From: a virus
Taxonomy: Duplodnaviria > Heunggongvirae > Uroviricota > Caudoviricetes
DNA: 40,524 nucleotides
IMG/VR virus record: IMGVR_UViG_2627853794_000002
Coordinates: 1 to 40,524 of that record
Strand: one strand, 5' to 3'
Positions 28,978 to 37,378 of this stretch are shown in pieces. Made by a program: the position numbers and the translations under genes. The stretch's first letter is position 1; each line of letters begins with the position of its first letter. A model generated the notes under the pieces. It made no database searches, was not told where the DNA came from, and was given only the letters and a program-made list of their open reading frames with translations.

Positions 28978-29151
28978 TTAAACAAACGTTCGCCAGACCT
29001 TACCATCAATGACCAGGATTCCTGCCCGCGCCATTTTTGCCGCAGCCTGATTTATGCTGGTTAATGTCATACCTGTTGTCGCAGCAACGTCCGGCGCACA
29101 GAAGCTCTTGTGCGTCTCCAGATAATGAATAATTGCCTCTTTGCCCGTCAT
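28978..29151 (-). CDS. ren: Ren-like protein, C-terminally truncated
   Basis: 57-aa ORF MTGKEAIIHYLETHKSFCAPDVAATTGMTLTSINQAAAKMARAGILVIDGKVWRTFV, resembles N-terminal ~55 aa of lambda Ren (96 aa) as recalled; ATGA overlap with P stop. Confidence 0.5.
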   Translation of the reverse strand: MTGKEAIIHYLETHKSFCAPDVAATTGMTLTSINQAAAKMARAGILVIDGKVWRTFV

Positions 29152-29849
29152 ACAGTTGCTCCTTTCAGTCCGAACTTCGCTTTGATTTCTGCGATCTTCG
29201 CCAGAGCCTGTGCACGATTTAGAGGTCTACCGCCCATGACAGGAAGTTGTTTTACTGGTTCAGGTATCGCCTCACCACGGTTAATTCGCGCGGTCATACA
29301 AGTCAGTTCATCGGCAGCCTTGCGCCGTAATTCCGCATCAGTCAGCGCATTGGCCCGCATGTTCTGATACAGGTTGGTAACCAACCAGTAGTGCGCGTTT
29401 GATTTCCATGGATAAGACTCTGCATCCGGATAAAGGCCACGCTTCCGGCAATACTCGTAAACCATATCAACCAGCTCGCTGGCGTTTGGCAGCCCGGCGT
29501 TAACGGATGCTTCTTCCCGGCACCAGGCGACAAACTGCCCGGGTGATGGCAGGAATGGTCGATTCTGCCGACGGGCTACGCGCATTCCTGCGTTAACCTG
29601 TTCCATTGTGGTGATCCCGTTTTCCCGGAAAGCCAGAACCCACTGGCGGCGGATTTCGTTCAGTTCATTCTGGTCACGGTTAGCCAGGCTCGCCGGGAAA
29701 GTTGCCAGTAACTGGCTGAACACACCGTTGATGATCTGCGCTACCTGCTGTACCTGCGGCTTTTCGTCGTACTGTTCCGGCATGTTGTTGGCGATCCGGC
29801 GCATCTGCTCACGGTCAAAGTTAACCATCTGTGCGGCGATGTTTTTCAT
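29148..29849 (-). CDS. P: Replication protein P (DnaB helicase loader)
   Basis: 233 aa MKNIAAQMVNFDREQMRRIANNMPEQYDEK...; near-identical to lambda P as recalled. Confidence 0.9.
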   Translation of the reverse strand: MKNIAAQMVNFDREQMRRIANNMPEQYDEKPQVQQVAQIINGVFSQLLATFPASLANRDQNELNEIRRQWVLAFRENGITTMEQVNAGMRVARRQNRPFLPSPGQFVAWCREEASVNAGLPNASELVDMVYEYCRKRGLYPDAESYPWKSNAHYWLVTNLYQNMRANALTDAELRRKAADELTCMTARINRGEAIPEPVKQLPVMGGRPLNRAQALAKIAEIKAKFGLKGATV

Positions 29850-30865
29850 AAATCCACCCCGTAAATCCAGTCAGTGTTTGTCAGGTCGAGTTTTGATTTT
29901 CCGGCTGTCACGCCAGCCTGTTGCTTGTTACGGTTGATTTCGAGTTGGGTCCACTTGTCGCGGAGTTTGGCCGGACTCAGCACGTTACCTGACCAGAAGT
30001 TGTCCTGGCATGCCCAGCGGAACAGCACGCACATGTCGCGGTGGTTACGTCCGTCACGTTCACGCATCAGGCGGATATCGTTAGCCCACCCTGCAAAATT
30101 CGGTTTTCTGGCTGAGGGCGCGATGGTCTTCACCATGTCAAACATCCACTCTGCGGCGGTCAGGTCTTCTGCTGTCCCCCACTTGCTGCCGCTCTGAATT
30201 GCAGCATCCCGTTTCTCCACAGGAAAGTCGTTTTCTGGCTGGTCAGAGGATTCGCCAGAATTCTCGGACGAAAAAGGTTTTATATTGTCTTTTGTTAGTT
30301 TGTCTTTTGTGTTTACCTGATTCGGGTAAGTGCCTTTACCTGATTTGGGTAAACTTTTCTTACCTGATTCAGGTAAATTTACCTCTTTCAGGTAAACTTT
30401 ATTTTTCTTACCTGATTCGGGTAATGTTGACCATTCACTGACCACATTATTAATGCCGATATTCCGCCCGCTCTGAATAAAAATCCCACGCTTTACCAGA
30501 ACACTTTTTGCAGCAGAACACTTGTGCGGCAATATCCCGGTCAACTCGGAAAGTTGCTCGTTGCTCACCCAATCCAGTTTTTTATTAAAGCCATATGTTT
30601 TGCGCATGACAGCCAGGAAGACCAGAAGCTGGTGCTGTGTTAATCCGGCCAGCATCACAGCTTCCAGCAACTCATTTGCAATGCGCGTATAACCATCATC
30701 GAGATCTGCCACGCGCGGCTCCTTTTGTGCCGCATCCGGCACTGGAAAATTGAATATCTCAGCAGTGTTTGCCATAATTCCTCCCGCAATGAGTGTGTTA
30801 CGATTTGCACCTGAAAGTCGGTTCTGTTCCAGCAGACCGGCTTTCGCCATTTCTGAACCTGTCAT
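29846..30865 (-). CDS. O: Replication initiator protein O-like, ori iterons inside gene
   Basis: 339 aa; N-terminal DNA-binding region similar to lambda O, internal iteron array, overlaps P start. Confidence 0.8.
   Translation of the reverse strand: MTGSEMAKAGLLEQNRLSGANRNTLIAGGIMANTAEIFNFPVPDAAQKEPRVADLDDGYTRIANELLEAVMLAGLTQHQLLVFLAVMRKTYGFNKKLDWVSNEQLSELTGILPHKCSAAKSVLVKRGIFIQSGRNIGINNVVSEWSTLPESGKKNKVYLKEVNLPESGKKSLPKSGKGTYPNQVNTKDKLTKDNIKPFSSENSGESSDQPENDFPVEKRDAAIQSGSKWGTAEDLTAAEWMFDMVKTIAPSARKPNFAGWANDIRLMRERDGRNHRDMCVLFRWACQDNFWSGNVLSPAKLRDKWTQLEINRNKQQAGVTAGKSKLDLTNTDWIYGVDL
30313..30424. repeat. Replication origin iterons (5 copies of ~17-bp TTACCTGATTCGGGTAA) with adjacent AT-rich tract
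   Basis: Copies at 30313, 30336, 30360, 30379, 30408; AT-rich region 30270-30312. Confidence 0.7.
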
Positions 30866-31407
30866 ATCGCCCCCAGCATGGTAGTAACCATCGCCATCAA
30901 TGGACCAGCCAGATCCGGGTCCACACGAAACATCGACACAATACCTTCACTCATTTCCTTCAGTTTCTGGTGGCGTGGTGCGTTGAGAATGACAGCCTGT
31001 TTTGCCTCACTGAGTTCCTTTTCCATTTCAGCCAACCTAGCCATGAAGCTATCCTGCTCAACCAGGTAACCGCGATATTCCAGCGGTAGTACCGCCAGAA
31101 TTGCCGGGGTCAGTTCACGCACGTTATTTCGGTATTTTTCAGAATCGAATTTGTTATCGAGGAAGCGGAACAGCTTCTGGCGTGCACGGCTGACATCATC
31201 AGGGAAATCGATGGTGCCGCCGCCCTGCTCCCGATACTCATTCACAATGAGTGCGGCAACAACATCCTGATTATCTGCAGCCGACCAGGCGCGAACGGCA
31301 TCACGGATTTTTTCGTGGCCTGGCGCCTGTTTTGTTTGAGAACGATTTATCACCGCAGTCGGGCTAAATCCGCTAGTCTGTTGGTATGTAAGTGGTTGCA
31401 TAGTCAT
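30862..31407 (-). CDS. YdaT-like protein (CII-analogue regulator of Rac-type immunity regions)
   Basis: 181 aa; motifs EYREQGGG and PAILAVLPLEYR resemble Rac YdaT as recalled; directly downstream of cro-like gene. Confidence 0.5.
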   Translation of the reverse strand: MTMQPLTYQQTSGFSPTAVINRSQTKQAPGHEKIRDAVRAWSAADNQDVVAALIVNEYREQGGGTIDFPDDVSRARQKLFRFLDNKFDSEKYRNNVRELTPAILAVLPLEYRGYLVEQDSFMARLAEMEKELSEAKQAVILNAPRHQKLKEMSEGIVSMFRVDPDLAGPLMAMVTTMLGAI

Positions 31408-31431
31408 TGCCTTATCAGTTAACGCCGCAGT

Positions 31432-31659
31432 TTAGGCGGCAGAATTACTCGCGTTAAACAATGGTGCGAGGTCGGGACGAATATCTGCTGGTTTAATCTT
31501 TCCACCAGTGGCTGAGACAATTTTCATTACATAGCGGGCATCAATTCCGCCACCGTGTAGCCAACGCCAAACTGTGGGTTGGGCTACACCGCATAGATCT
31601 GCCAGTCGTTTTTGACTACCTGTAATACTGATTGCGAGTTGAATGGTTTGATTTGTCAT
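31432..31659 (-). CDS. cro: Cro-like HTH repressor (YdaS-like)
   Basis: 75 aa from ATG 31659; HTH ...LADLCGVAQPTVWRWLHGGG; divergent from cI. Confidence 0.65.
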   Translation of the reverse strand: MTNQTIQLAISITGSQKRLADLCGVAQPTVWRWLHGGGIDARYVMKIVSATGGKIKPADIRPDLAPLFNASNSAA

Positions 31660-31690
31660 TATCAATTCCTATTGGTATTACAATGAATGA

Positions 31691-31719
31691 ATAATAGCAA
31701 TGCGTATTAATCCAAGCAA
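31691..31719 (-). promoter_or_regulatory. Candidate pR promoter (toward cro) overlapping operator repeats
   Basis: Minus strand TTGCTT - 17 nt - TATTAT; operator motif copies CAATAGCAA at 31690-31729. Confidence 0.45.
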
Positions 31720-31733
31720 TAGCAAAACGTGTT

Positions 31734-31760
31734 TTGACCATCAATACGCAAGCGTATAAA
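31734..31760 (+). promoter_or_regulatory. Candidate pRM promoter (toward cI; near-leaderless transcript)
   Basis: TTGACC - 15 nt - TATAAA, ~10 nt before cI ATG; spacer suboptimal. Confidence 0.3.
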
Positions 31761-31769
31761 TTAAAACTT

Positions 31770-32462
31770 ATGAAAAAAGAAACTCTTGCTGATCGCTTAA
31801 ACCTAGCGATGGAACAATCTGGAATGTCTCAAGGCGCTCTTGCAAAGGCGTCTGGCGTAGCTCAACCCACAATCTGGAGACTGACAAGCGGCAACGCGCG
31901 CGGCTCAACAAAAATTGTTGAAATAGCTAATGCATTGGGTGTTCGAACAGAATGGCTCTCATCAGGCATAGGCCCGATGAGAAATGACGGTCAACAATCA
32001 GGGAAGCCTGCTGTCAGCCATTCAAAATACTTCAAGATTGACGTTCTTGATATAGAAGTCAGTGCCGGACCGGGTGTCATCAACCGTGAGTTTGTGGAAG
32101 TTCTACGCTCGGTTGAGTACTCGTTTGACGATGCTCGTCACATGTTCGATGGCAGGAAGGCGGAAAATATCCGCATCATTAACGTGCGCGGTGACAGCAT
32201 GTCAGGAACGATCGAACCAGGTGATCTGCTGTTCGTTGATATCACTGTTAAATCTTTCGACGGTGATGGTATCTATGCGTTTCTGTACGACGACACAGCC
32301 CATGTAAAGCGTCTGCAAATGATGAAGGATAAGCTGCTGGTTATCTCTGATAACAAGAGCTACTCACCGTGGGACCCGATCGAGAAAGACGAGATGAACC
32401 GGGTGTTCATCTTCGGTAAGGTTATTGGGAGCATGCCGCAGACTTACCGAAAGCATGGTTAA
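31770..32462 (+). CDS. cI: CI-like prophage repressor (HTH plus S24 LexA-like autopeptidase domain)
   Basis: 230 aa from ATG 31770; N-terminal HTH (SQGALAKASGVAQPTIWRL), C-terminal ...VRGDSMSGTIEPGDLLFVD... and K in ...HVKRLQ. Confidence 0.85.
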   Translation: MKKETLADRLNLAMEQSGMSQGALAKASGVAQPTIWRLTSGNARGSTKIVEIANALGVRTEWLSSGIGPMRNDGQQSGKPAVSHSKYFKIDVLDIEVSAGPGVINREFVEVLRSVEYSFDDARHMFDGRKAENIRIINVRGDSMSGTIEPGDLLFVDITVKSFDGDGIYAFLYDDTAHVKRLQMMKDKLLVISDNKSYSPWDPIEKDEMNRVFIFGKVIGSMPQTYRKHG

Positions 32463-32693
32463 ACGACCTGCATTGCGGGTCACACCGCATATTTATAGCC
32501 AAAGCATACCTAGCAATGGACTGAATGCAGCTTACAAGATATCATTGTTTTTCAAAGAAAAGGGAACAATACCCTTTTGAAAAGCAGCAATCATTGTCAA
32601 CGGCACTAATAGTACGCAATGAGCAAAACTTAGCTGTTTAATAAGCATGCAAATAATGAAGGTATCATCATATTAACAATGTGTTGGTGAAGC

Positions 32694-33017
32694 ATGAACG
32701 ACAATAACAAGAATACTCGATCGCCAGAAGAGCATGAAGCTGTAGAAAAAGCGTTATCTGTTACACGAGCAGATATCGCGGAGTATTTTACTTCATTCGA
32801 AAAGCAGCATGGCGATATGTTGTGTCCGCTATGCAAAACATCTCTTTGGGCCATCACGCCTAGAATTGATAGTGATGAGCATGCAGCTATTATCACTTTA
32901 CCATTGCCTAATGCATCTGGCAGGGGGGTTTGGGCATATCCTATTATATGCTCTGGATGTGGCTATATAATTCATCTTTCTGCAAGTTTTGTCGTAGGCA
33001 AAATCAAAGGAGAATGA
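32694..33017 (+). CDS. Hypothetical protein A with CxxC...CxxC zinc-ribbon-like motif
   Basis: 107 aa; C44PLC47 and C86SGC89; RBS ggtga; AT-rich; stop overlaps next start (ATGA). Confidence 0.6.
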   Translation: MNDNNKNTRSPEEHEAVEKALSVTRADIAEYFTSFEKQHGDMLCPLCKTSLWAITPRIDSDEHAAIITLPLPNASGRGVWAYPIICSGCGYIIHLSASFVVGKIKGE

Positions 33018-33472
33018 AAGTGGCTACTGTTGCAATAGATGGTTATTCATTCATCACGGTTTCCGATAGTTGCATCTCTGACACAGCGCTTCCACCTATT
33101 GAAAATACTTATGGTGACAATATATACATACCCAAAATCGTTGAAACCATAGGTCCGGTTTATCGCCAAAAAGACTTAGATCACAGATACATACTTTACG
33201 CAGTGGCTGTATCATTAGTGCTCACTTTAAGTGTTGTTGTATGGTCTATAGGAGGTAGGTTTATGGTCTACATTCCATTATACGTTGCACTTGCACCTAT
33301 CGTTTATTGGTTACTGAAGATTTCCTATGCTTACTGCCTCGTAAAATGTGCTGGCTCCAGTCTCCTAGATGACTTTGATTCTCACCATATTGAGAACAAC
33401 AGGTTTGTAAAGCGTATTAATAGTATTTCATTCAGAGTAGTTGCTATAACAAAAAAACTTTTCTGGAGATAA
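33014..33472 (+). CDS. Hypothetical small membrane protein B (2 predicted TM helices)
   Basis: 152 aa from ATG 33014 with aaggag RBS; hydrophobic segments YILYAVAVSLVLTLSVVVWSIGG and FMVYIPLYVALAPIVYWLL. Confidence 0.6.
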   Translation: MKVATVAIDGYSFITVSDSCISDTALPPIENTYGDNIYIPKIVETIGPVYRQKDLDHRYILYAVAVSLVLTLSVVVWSIGGRFMVYIPLYVALAPIVYWLLKISYAYCLVKCAGSSLLDDFDSHHIENNRFVKRINSISFRVVAITKKLFWR

Positions 33473-33473
33473 G

Positions 33474-33896
33474 ATGGCAGAAGGGCGTCTAAAAACCGCG
33501 GGTAAAAACAGCCTGCCTTTTGCCATTACCAGTGTTCTTTGTGGTTACATTAACCACATGGTTCCTGAAATTTTTCCGGAAGGGGAAATGCGCCAATGGG
33601 CATATAGCACGATCCCAATGCTATCGCTGGTTTTACTGTACATTATTAGGACAATTAAAGATTTTGGAACTATGAGTCTGGCTCGTCTGGCTATTACTAT
33701 ATGTGCTACCCCAGAGAAAAAGCGCCTCAAACTCATAATGTCTGATAAGCATGTCAGTGAGGAAACAAAAGCTATAGCCGAGGCTCGTTATAATCAAATT
33801 ATTCAAAAAGAATTAGAAATAGGCTCCAATGCGGTTGATTATGTAGTAGGTATGCCAATTGTACATAATCAACCCAGACCAACAATTGATGAATAA
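33474..33896 (+). CDS. Hypothetical small membrane protein C (1-2 predicted TM helices)
   Basis: 140 aa; ggag RBS; start 2 nt after B stop; hydrophobic segment TIPMLSLVLLYIIRTI. Confidence 0.6.
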   Translation: MAEGRLKTAGKNSLPFAITSVLCGYINHMVPEIFPEGEMRQWAYSTIPMLSLVLLYIIRTIKDFGTMSLARLAITICATPEKKRLKLIMSDKHVSEETKAIAEARYNQIIQKELEIGSNAVDYVVGMPIVHNQPRPTIDE

Positions 33897-33906
33897 TTCG
33901 TAAAAA

Positions 33907-33934
33907 ACCCGGCCACCGTGCCGGGTTTTCTTTT
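33907..33934 (+). terminator. Intrinsic terminator closing the cI-A-B-C transcript (tIMM-like)
   Basis: Stem acccggc/gccgggt, 6-nt loop, then TTTTCTTTTG. Confidence 0.65.
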
Positions 33935-34057
33935 GCCTCCCCTCATCACACAAACCGTTCAAAAAACCACCACACCTCACTTCAGTTATCGCTATGCGAT
34001 GCAAGTCACAAAATTAATTCTTTTTGCTATCAAACATTTAATATCAAAACACATCAA

Positions 34058-34102
34058 CCAATAGCAATAAGTATTGATATCACCAATAGCAATAGCTATT
34101 AT
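34058..34102 (+). promoter_or_regulatory. Candidate pL promoter with oL operator repeats
   Basis: Two copies of ACCAATAGCAATA (34058, 34082) sharing CAATAGCAA with the cro-cI intergenic repeats; TTGATA - 17 nt - TATTAT at 34074-34102. Confidence 0.5.
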
Positions 34103-34175
34103 CACCATATCGCAACAACACAACGATACGGCAACCACCTGATTCACCGTTGCGATGACCGCTTAGATCCGCAGT

Positions 34176-34586
34176 TTGAATTTCAGCAGGCTTCGGGGAG
34201 TGCGAGGGGTGAAACGGACGCGTGAACGTCGGTGTGACCAGCTGAAATCAACACAACACTTTATACCTCAGTCGCTTCAACGAGGCGGCTTAGTTATGAC
34301 AACCGGCGGCCATCCACCGCCTGAATACGCGCAGAAGTCTCTATATGTTCAGCAGCCCAGCTTACGGGCAGGAGTTTTTATGGTTCATCAACATTACGGA
34401 ACGCAGACCGTTAATCGAGGTGCGGTCATGCCAGGAATGCTGGTCAAACACAAAGATGGTACCTGGACTGCATCAGCTAATTTACGCGGACGGCTTTATC
34501 TGCATCGCGGCATCGAGCGCACTTATACCCGTGATTTGCTCGTGGAAGTTTTTCTCGACGGACGCGGTAACGGCCTGAATCGCTAA
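34176..34586 (+). CDS. First gene of leftward early operon; possible N-like antiterminator or Kil-like protein, start uncertain
   Basis: ORF track start is TTG 34176; Arg-rich stretch [15 protein letters not shown] near N-terminus; first ATG with RBS at 34296 gives 96 aa; ends just before gam. Confidence 0.4.
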   Translation: MNFSRLRGVRGVKRTRERRCDQLKSTQHFIPQSLQRGGLVMTTGGHPPPEYAQKSLYVQQPSLRAGVFMVHQHYGTQTVNRGAVMPGMLVKHKDGTWTASANLRGRLYLHRGIERTYTRDLLVEVFLDGRGNGLNR

Positions 34587-34661
34587 TCCCCTTTCCTGTT
34601 TTCCTAATCAGCCTGGCATTTCGCGGGCGATATTTTCACAGCCATTTTCAGGAGTTCAGCC

Positions 34662-34958
34662 ATGAACGCTTATTACATTCAGGATCGTCTTGAGGCTCAG
34701 AGCTGGGCGCGTTACTACCAGCAGATCGCCCGTGAAGAGAAAGAGGCAGAACTGGCAGACGACATGGAAAAAGGCCTGCCCCAGCACCTGTTTGAATCGC
34801 TATGCATCGATCATTTGCAACGCCACGGGGCCAGCAAAAAAGCCATTACCCGTGCGTTTGATGACGATGTTGAGTTTCAGGAGCGCATGGCAGAACACAT
34901 CCGGTACATGGTTGAAACCATTGCTCACCACCAGGTTGATATTGATTCAGAGGTATAA
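34662..34958 (+). CDS. gam: Gam (RecBCD inhibitor), short form
   Basis: 98 aa [28 protein letters not shown]...; near-identical to lambda GamS as recalled. Confidence 0.9.
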   Translation: MNAYYIQDRLEAQSWARYYQQIAREEKEAELADDMEKGLPQHLFESLCIDHLQRHGASKKAITRAFDDDVEFQERMAEHIRYMVETIAHHQVDIDSEV

Positions 34959-34963
34959 AACGG

Positions 34964-35749
34964 ATGAGTACAGCACTCGCAACGCTGGCTGGGAAGCTGG
35001 CTGAACGTGTCGGCATGGATTCTGTCGACCCACAGGAACTGATCACCACTCTTCGCCAGACGGCATTTAAAGGTGATGCCAGCGATGCGCAGTTCATCGC
35101 ATTGTTGATCGTCGCCAACCAGTACGGCCTTAATCCGTGGACGAAAGAAATTTACGCCTTCCCTGACAAGCAGAACGGCATCGTTCCGGTGGTGGGCGTT
35201 GATGGCTGGTCCCGCATCATCAATGAAAACCAGCAGTTTGATGGCATGGACTTTGAGCAGGACAATGAATCCTGCACATGCCGGATTTACCGCAAAGACC
35301 GCAATCATCCGATCTGCGTTACCGAGTGGATGGATGAATGCCGCCGCGAACCATTCAAAACCCGCGAAGGCAGAGAAATCACGGGGCCGTGGCAGTCGCA
35401 TCCCAAACGGATGTTACGGCATAAAGCCATGATTCAGTGTGCCCGTCTCGCCTTCGGATTTGCTGGTATCTATGACAAGGATGAAGCCGAGCGCATTGTC
35501 GAAAATACCGCATACACTGCAGAACGTCAGCCGGAACGCGACATCACTCCGGTTAACGATGAAACCATGCAGGAGATTAACACTCTGCTGATTGCCCTGG
35601 ACAAAACATGGGATGACGACTTATTGCCGCTCTGTTCCCAGATATTTCGCCGCGACATTCGCGCATCGTCAGAACTGACACAGGCCGAAGCAGTGAAAGC
35701 TCTTGGATTCCTGAAACAGAAAGCCACTGAGCAGAAGGTGGCAGCATGA
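34964..35749 (+). CDS. bet: Bet (Red-beta single-strand annealing protein)
   Basis: 261 aa [30 protein letters not shown]...; near-identical to lambda Bet as recalled. Confidence 0.95.
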   Translation: MSTALATLAGKLAERVGMDSVDPQELITTLRQTAFKGDASDAQFIALLIVANQYGLNPWTKEIYAFPDKQNGIVPVVGVDGWSRIINENQQFDGMDFEQDNESCTCRIYRKDRNHPICVTEWMDECRREPFKTREGREITGPWQSHPKRMLRHKAMIQCARLAFGFAGIYDKDEAERIVENTAYTAERQPERDITPVNDETMQEINTLLIALDKTWDDDLLPLCSQIFRRDIRASSELTQAEAVKALGFLKQKATEQKVAA

Positions 35750-36426
35750 CACCGGACATTATCCTGCAGCGTACCGGGATCGACGTGAGAGCTGTCGAAC
35801 AGGGGGATGATGCATGGCACAAATTACGGCTCGGCGTCATCACCGCTTCAGAAGTTCACAACGTGATAGCAAAGCCCCGCTCAGGAAAGAAGTGGCCTGA
35901 CATGAAAATGTCCTACTTCCACACCCTGCTGGCTGAGGTTTGCACCGGTGTGGCTCCGGAAGTTAATGCTAAGGCGCTGGCGTGGGGAAAACAGTACGAG
36001 AACGACGCCAGAACCCTGTTTGAATTCACTTCCGGCGTGAATGTTACTGAATCCCCGATCATCTATCGCGACGAAAGTATGCGCACCGCCTGCTCTCCCG
36101 ATGGTTTATGCAGTGACGGCAATGGCCTTGAGCTGAAATGCCCGTTTACCTCCCGGGATTTCATGAAGTTCCGGCTCGGTGGTTTCGAGGCCATAAAGTC
36201 GGCTTACATGGCCCAGGTGCAGTACAGCATGTGGGTGACACGAAAAGATGCCTGGTACTTTGCCAACTATGACCCACGAATGAAGCGTGAAGGCCTGCAT
36301 TATGTCGTGGTTGAGCGGGATGAAAATTACATGGCGAGTTTTGACGAGATGGTGCCGGAGTTCATCGAAAAAATGGACGAGGCACTGGCTGAAATTGGTT
36401 TTGTATTTGGGGAGCAATGGCGATGA
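35746..36426 (+). CDS. exo: Exo (lambda 5'-3' exonuclease, Red-alpha)
   Basis: 226 aa [40 protein letters not shown]...; near-identical to lambda Exo as recalled. Confidence 0.95.
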   Translation: MTPDIILQRTGIDVRAVEQGDDAWHKLRLGVITASEVHNVIAKPRSGKKWPDMKMSYFHTLLAEVCTGVAPEVNAKALAWGKQYENDARTLFEFTSGVNVTESPIIYRDESMRTACSPDGLCSDGNGLELKCPFTSRDFMKFRLGGFEAIKSAYMAQVQYSMWVTRKDAWYFANYDPRMKREGLHYVVVERDENYMASFDEMVPEFIEKMDEALAEIGFVFGEQWR

Positions 36427-36605
36427 AGCATCCTCACGATAATATCCGGGTAGGCGCGATCACTTTCGTCTACTCCGTTACAAAGCGAGGCTGGGTATTT
36501 CCCGGCCTTTCTGTTACCCGAAATCCCCTGAAAGCACAGCGGCTGGCTGAGGAGATAAATAATAAACGGGGAGCTGTATGCACAAAGCATCTCCTGTTGA
36601 GTTAA
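36417..36605 (+). CDS. Lambda orf60a-like hypothetical protein
   Basis: 62 aa; overlaps exo stop; resembles lambda b-region ORF as recalled. Confidence 0.55.
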   Translation: MAMKHPHDNIRVGAITFVYSVTKRGWVFPGLSVTRNPLKAQRLAEEINNKRGAVCTKHLLLS

Positions 36606-36769
36606 GAACGAGCATTGAGATGGCACATAGCCTCGCTCAAATTGGAGTCAGGTTTGTGCCAATACCAGTAGAAACAGACGAAGAATTTCATACGTTAGCC
36701 GCATCCCTTTCACAAAAGCTGGAAATGATGGTGGCGAAAGCAGAAGCAGATGAGAGAGACCAGGTATGA
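36578..36769 (+). CDS. Lambda orf63-like hypothetical protein
   Basis: 63 aa [23 protein letters not shown]... Confidence 0.55.
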   Translation: MHKASPVELRTSIEMAHSLAQIGVRFVPIPVETDEEFHTLAASLSQKLEMMVAKAEADERDQV

Positions 36770-36845
36770 CAACCACTGAATGCATTTTTCTGGCAGCGGG
36801 CTTCATATTCTGTGTGCTTATGCTTGCCGACATGGGACTTGTTCA

Positions 36846-37061
36846 ATGACACCTCAGCAGGAAAACGCCCTTCGCAGCATTGCCCGTCAGGCTAATTCTG
36901 AAATCAAAAAAGCCAGACAGCAGTTTCCGGATAAAAACGTCGATGACATTTGCCGTAGCGTACTTAAGAAGCACCGCGAAACGGTAACGCTGATGGGATT
37001 CACACCGACTCATTTAAGCCTGGCGATCGGCATGTTAAACGGCGTCTTTAAGGAACGGTGA
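36846..37061 (+). CDS. Lambda orf61-like hypothetical protein
   Basis: 71 aa from ATG 36846 (MTPQQENALRSIARQANSEIKK...). Confidence 0.5.
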   Translation: MTPQQENALRSIARQANSEIKKARQQFPDKNVDDICRSVLKKHRETVTLMGFTPTHLSLAIGMLNGVFKER

Positions 37062-37083
37062 ACATGAAAAGCAAAATCATCAG

Positions 37084-37104
37084 GGAGCTACAGGCTCCTT
37101 TTTT
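37084..37104 (+). terminator. Intrinsic terminator in leftward operon upstream of int region
   Basis: Stem ggagc/gctcc, loop tacag, then TTTTTT. Confidence 0.5.
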
Positions 37105-37159
37105 ATTGTTCGCATTCATCCTCAAGCGTATTAACCAACAATTCAGGGATTAATGGAAG

Positions 37160-37378
37160 ATGGCAGACATCATTGATTCAGCATCAGAAATCGAAGAATT
37201 ACAGCGCAATACAGCAATAAAAATGCGTCGTCAGAACTACCAGACTGTATCCGCAACTCATTGTTGTGAGTGTGGCGATCCGATAGATGAGCGAAGACGC
37301 CTGGCTGTTCAGGGTTGTCGGACTTGTGCAAGTTGCCAGGAGGAGATCGAACTTAAGAACAAACAATGGGGACTGTGA
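37160..37378 (+). CDS. TraR/DksA-family C4 zinc-finger protein
   Basis: 72 aa; CCECGDPIDERRRLAVQGCRTCASCQ four-Cys motif. Confidence 0.7.
   Translation: MADIIDSASEIEELQRNTAIKMRRQNYQTVSATHCCECGDPIDERRRLAVQGCRTCASCQEEIELKNKQWGL

Noticed and set aside
30313-30424. Possible CRISPR array suggested by regularly spaced short repeats
   Set aside because: Only five imperfect copies with 2-12 nt between them, no unique spacers, located inside the O coding sequence next to an AT-rich tract: replication-origin iterons, not CRISPR. No CRISPR array or cas genes seen anywhere in the window.
34345-34578. 77-aa plus-strand ORF in an alternative frame overlapping the first leftward-operon gene
   Set aside because: Fully nested in another frame of a better-supported ORF, no RBS noted; likely spurious.
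34587-34661. Long form of Gam (N-terminal extension) as an intact CDS
   Set aside because: The upstream sequence resembles the lambda extension but appears out of frame with the internal start; only the 98-aa short form is reported. Based on recall of the lambda sequence, so uncertain.
37065-37154. 29-codon ORF (MKSKIIRELQAPFLLFAFILKRINQQFRD) after the orf61-like gene
   Set aside because: Very short and it spans the intrinsic terminator hairpin at 37084-37104; more likely non-coding terminator sequence.
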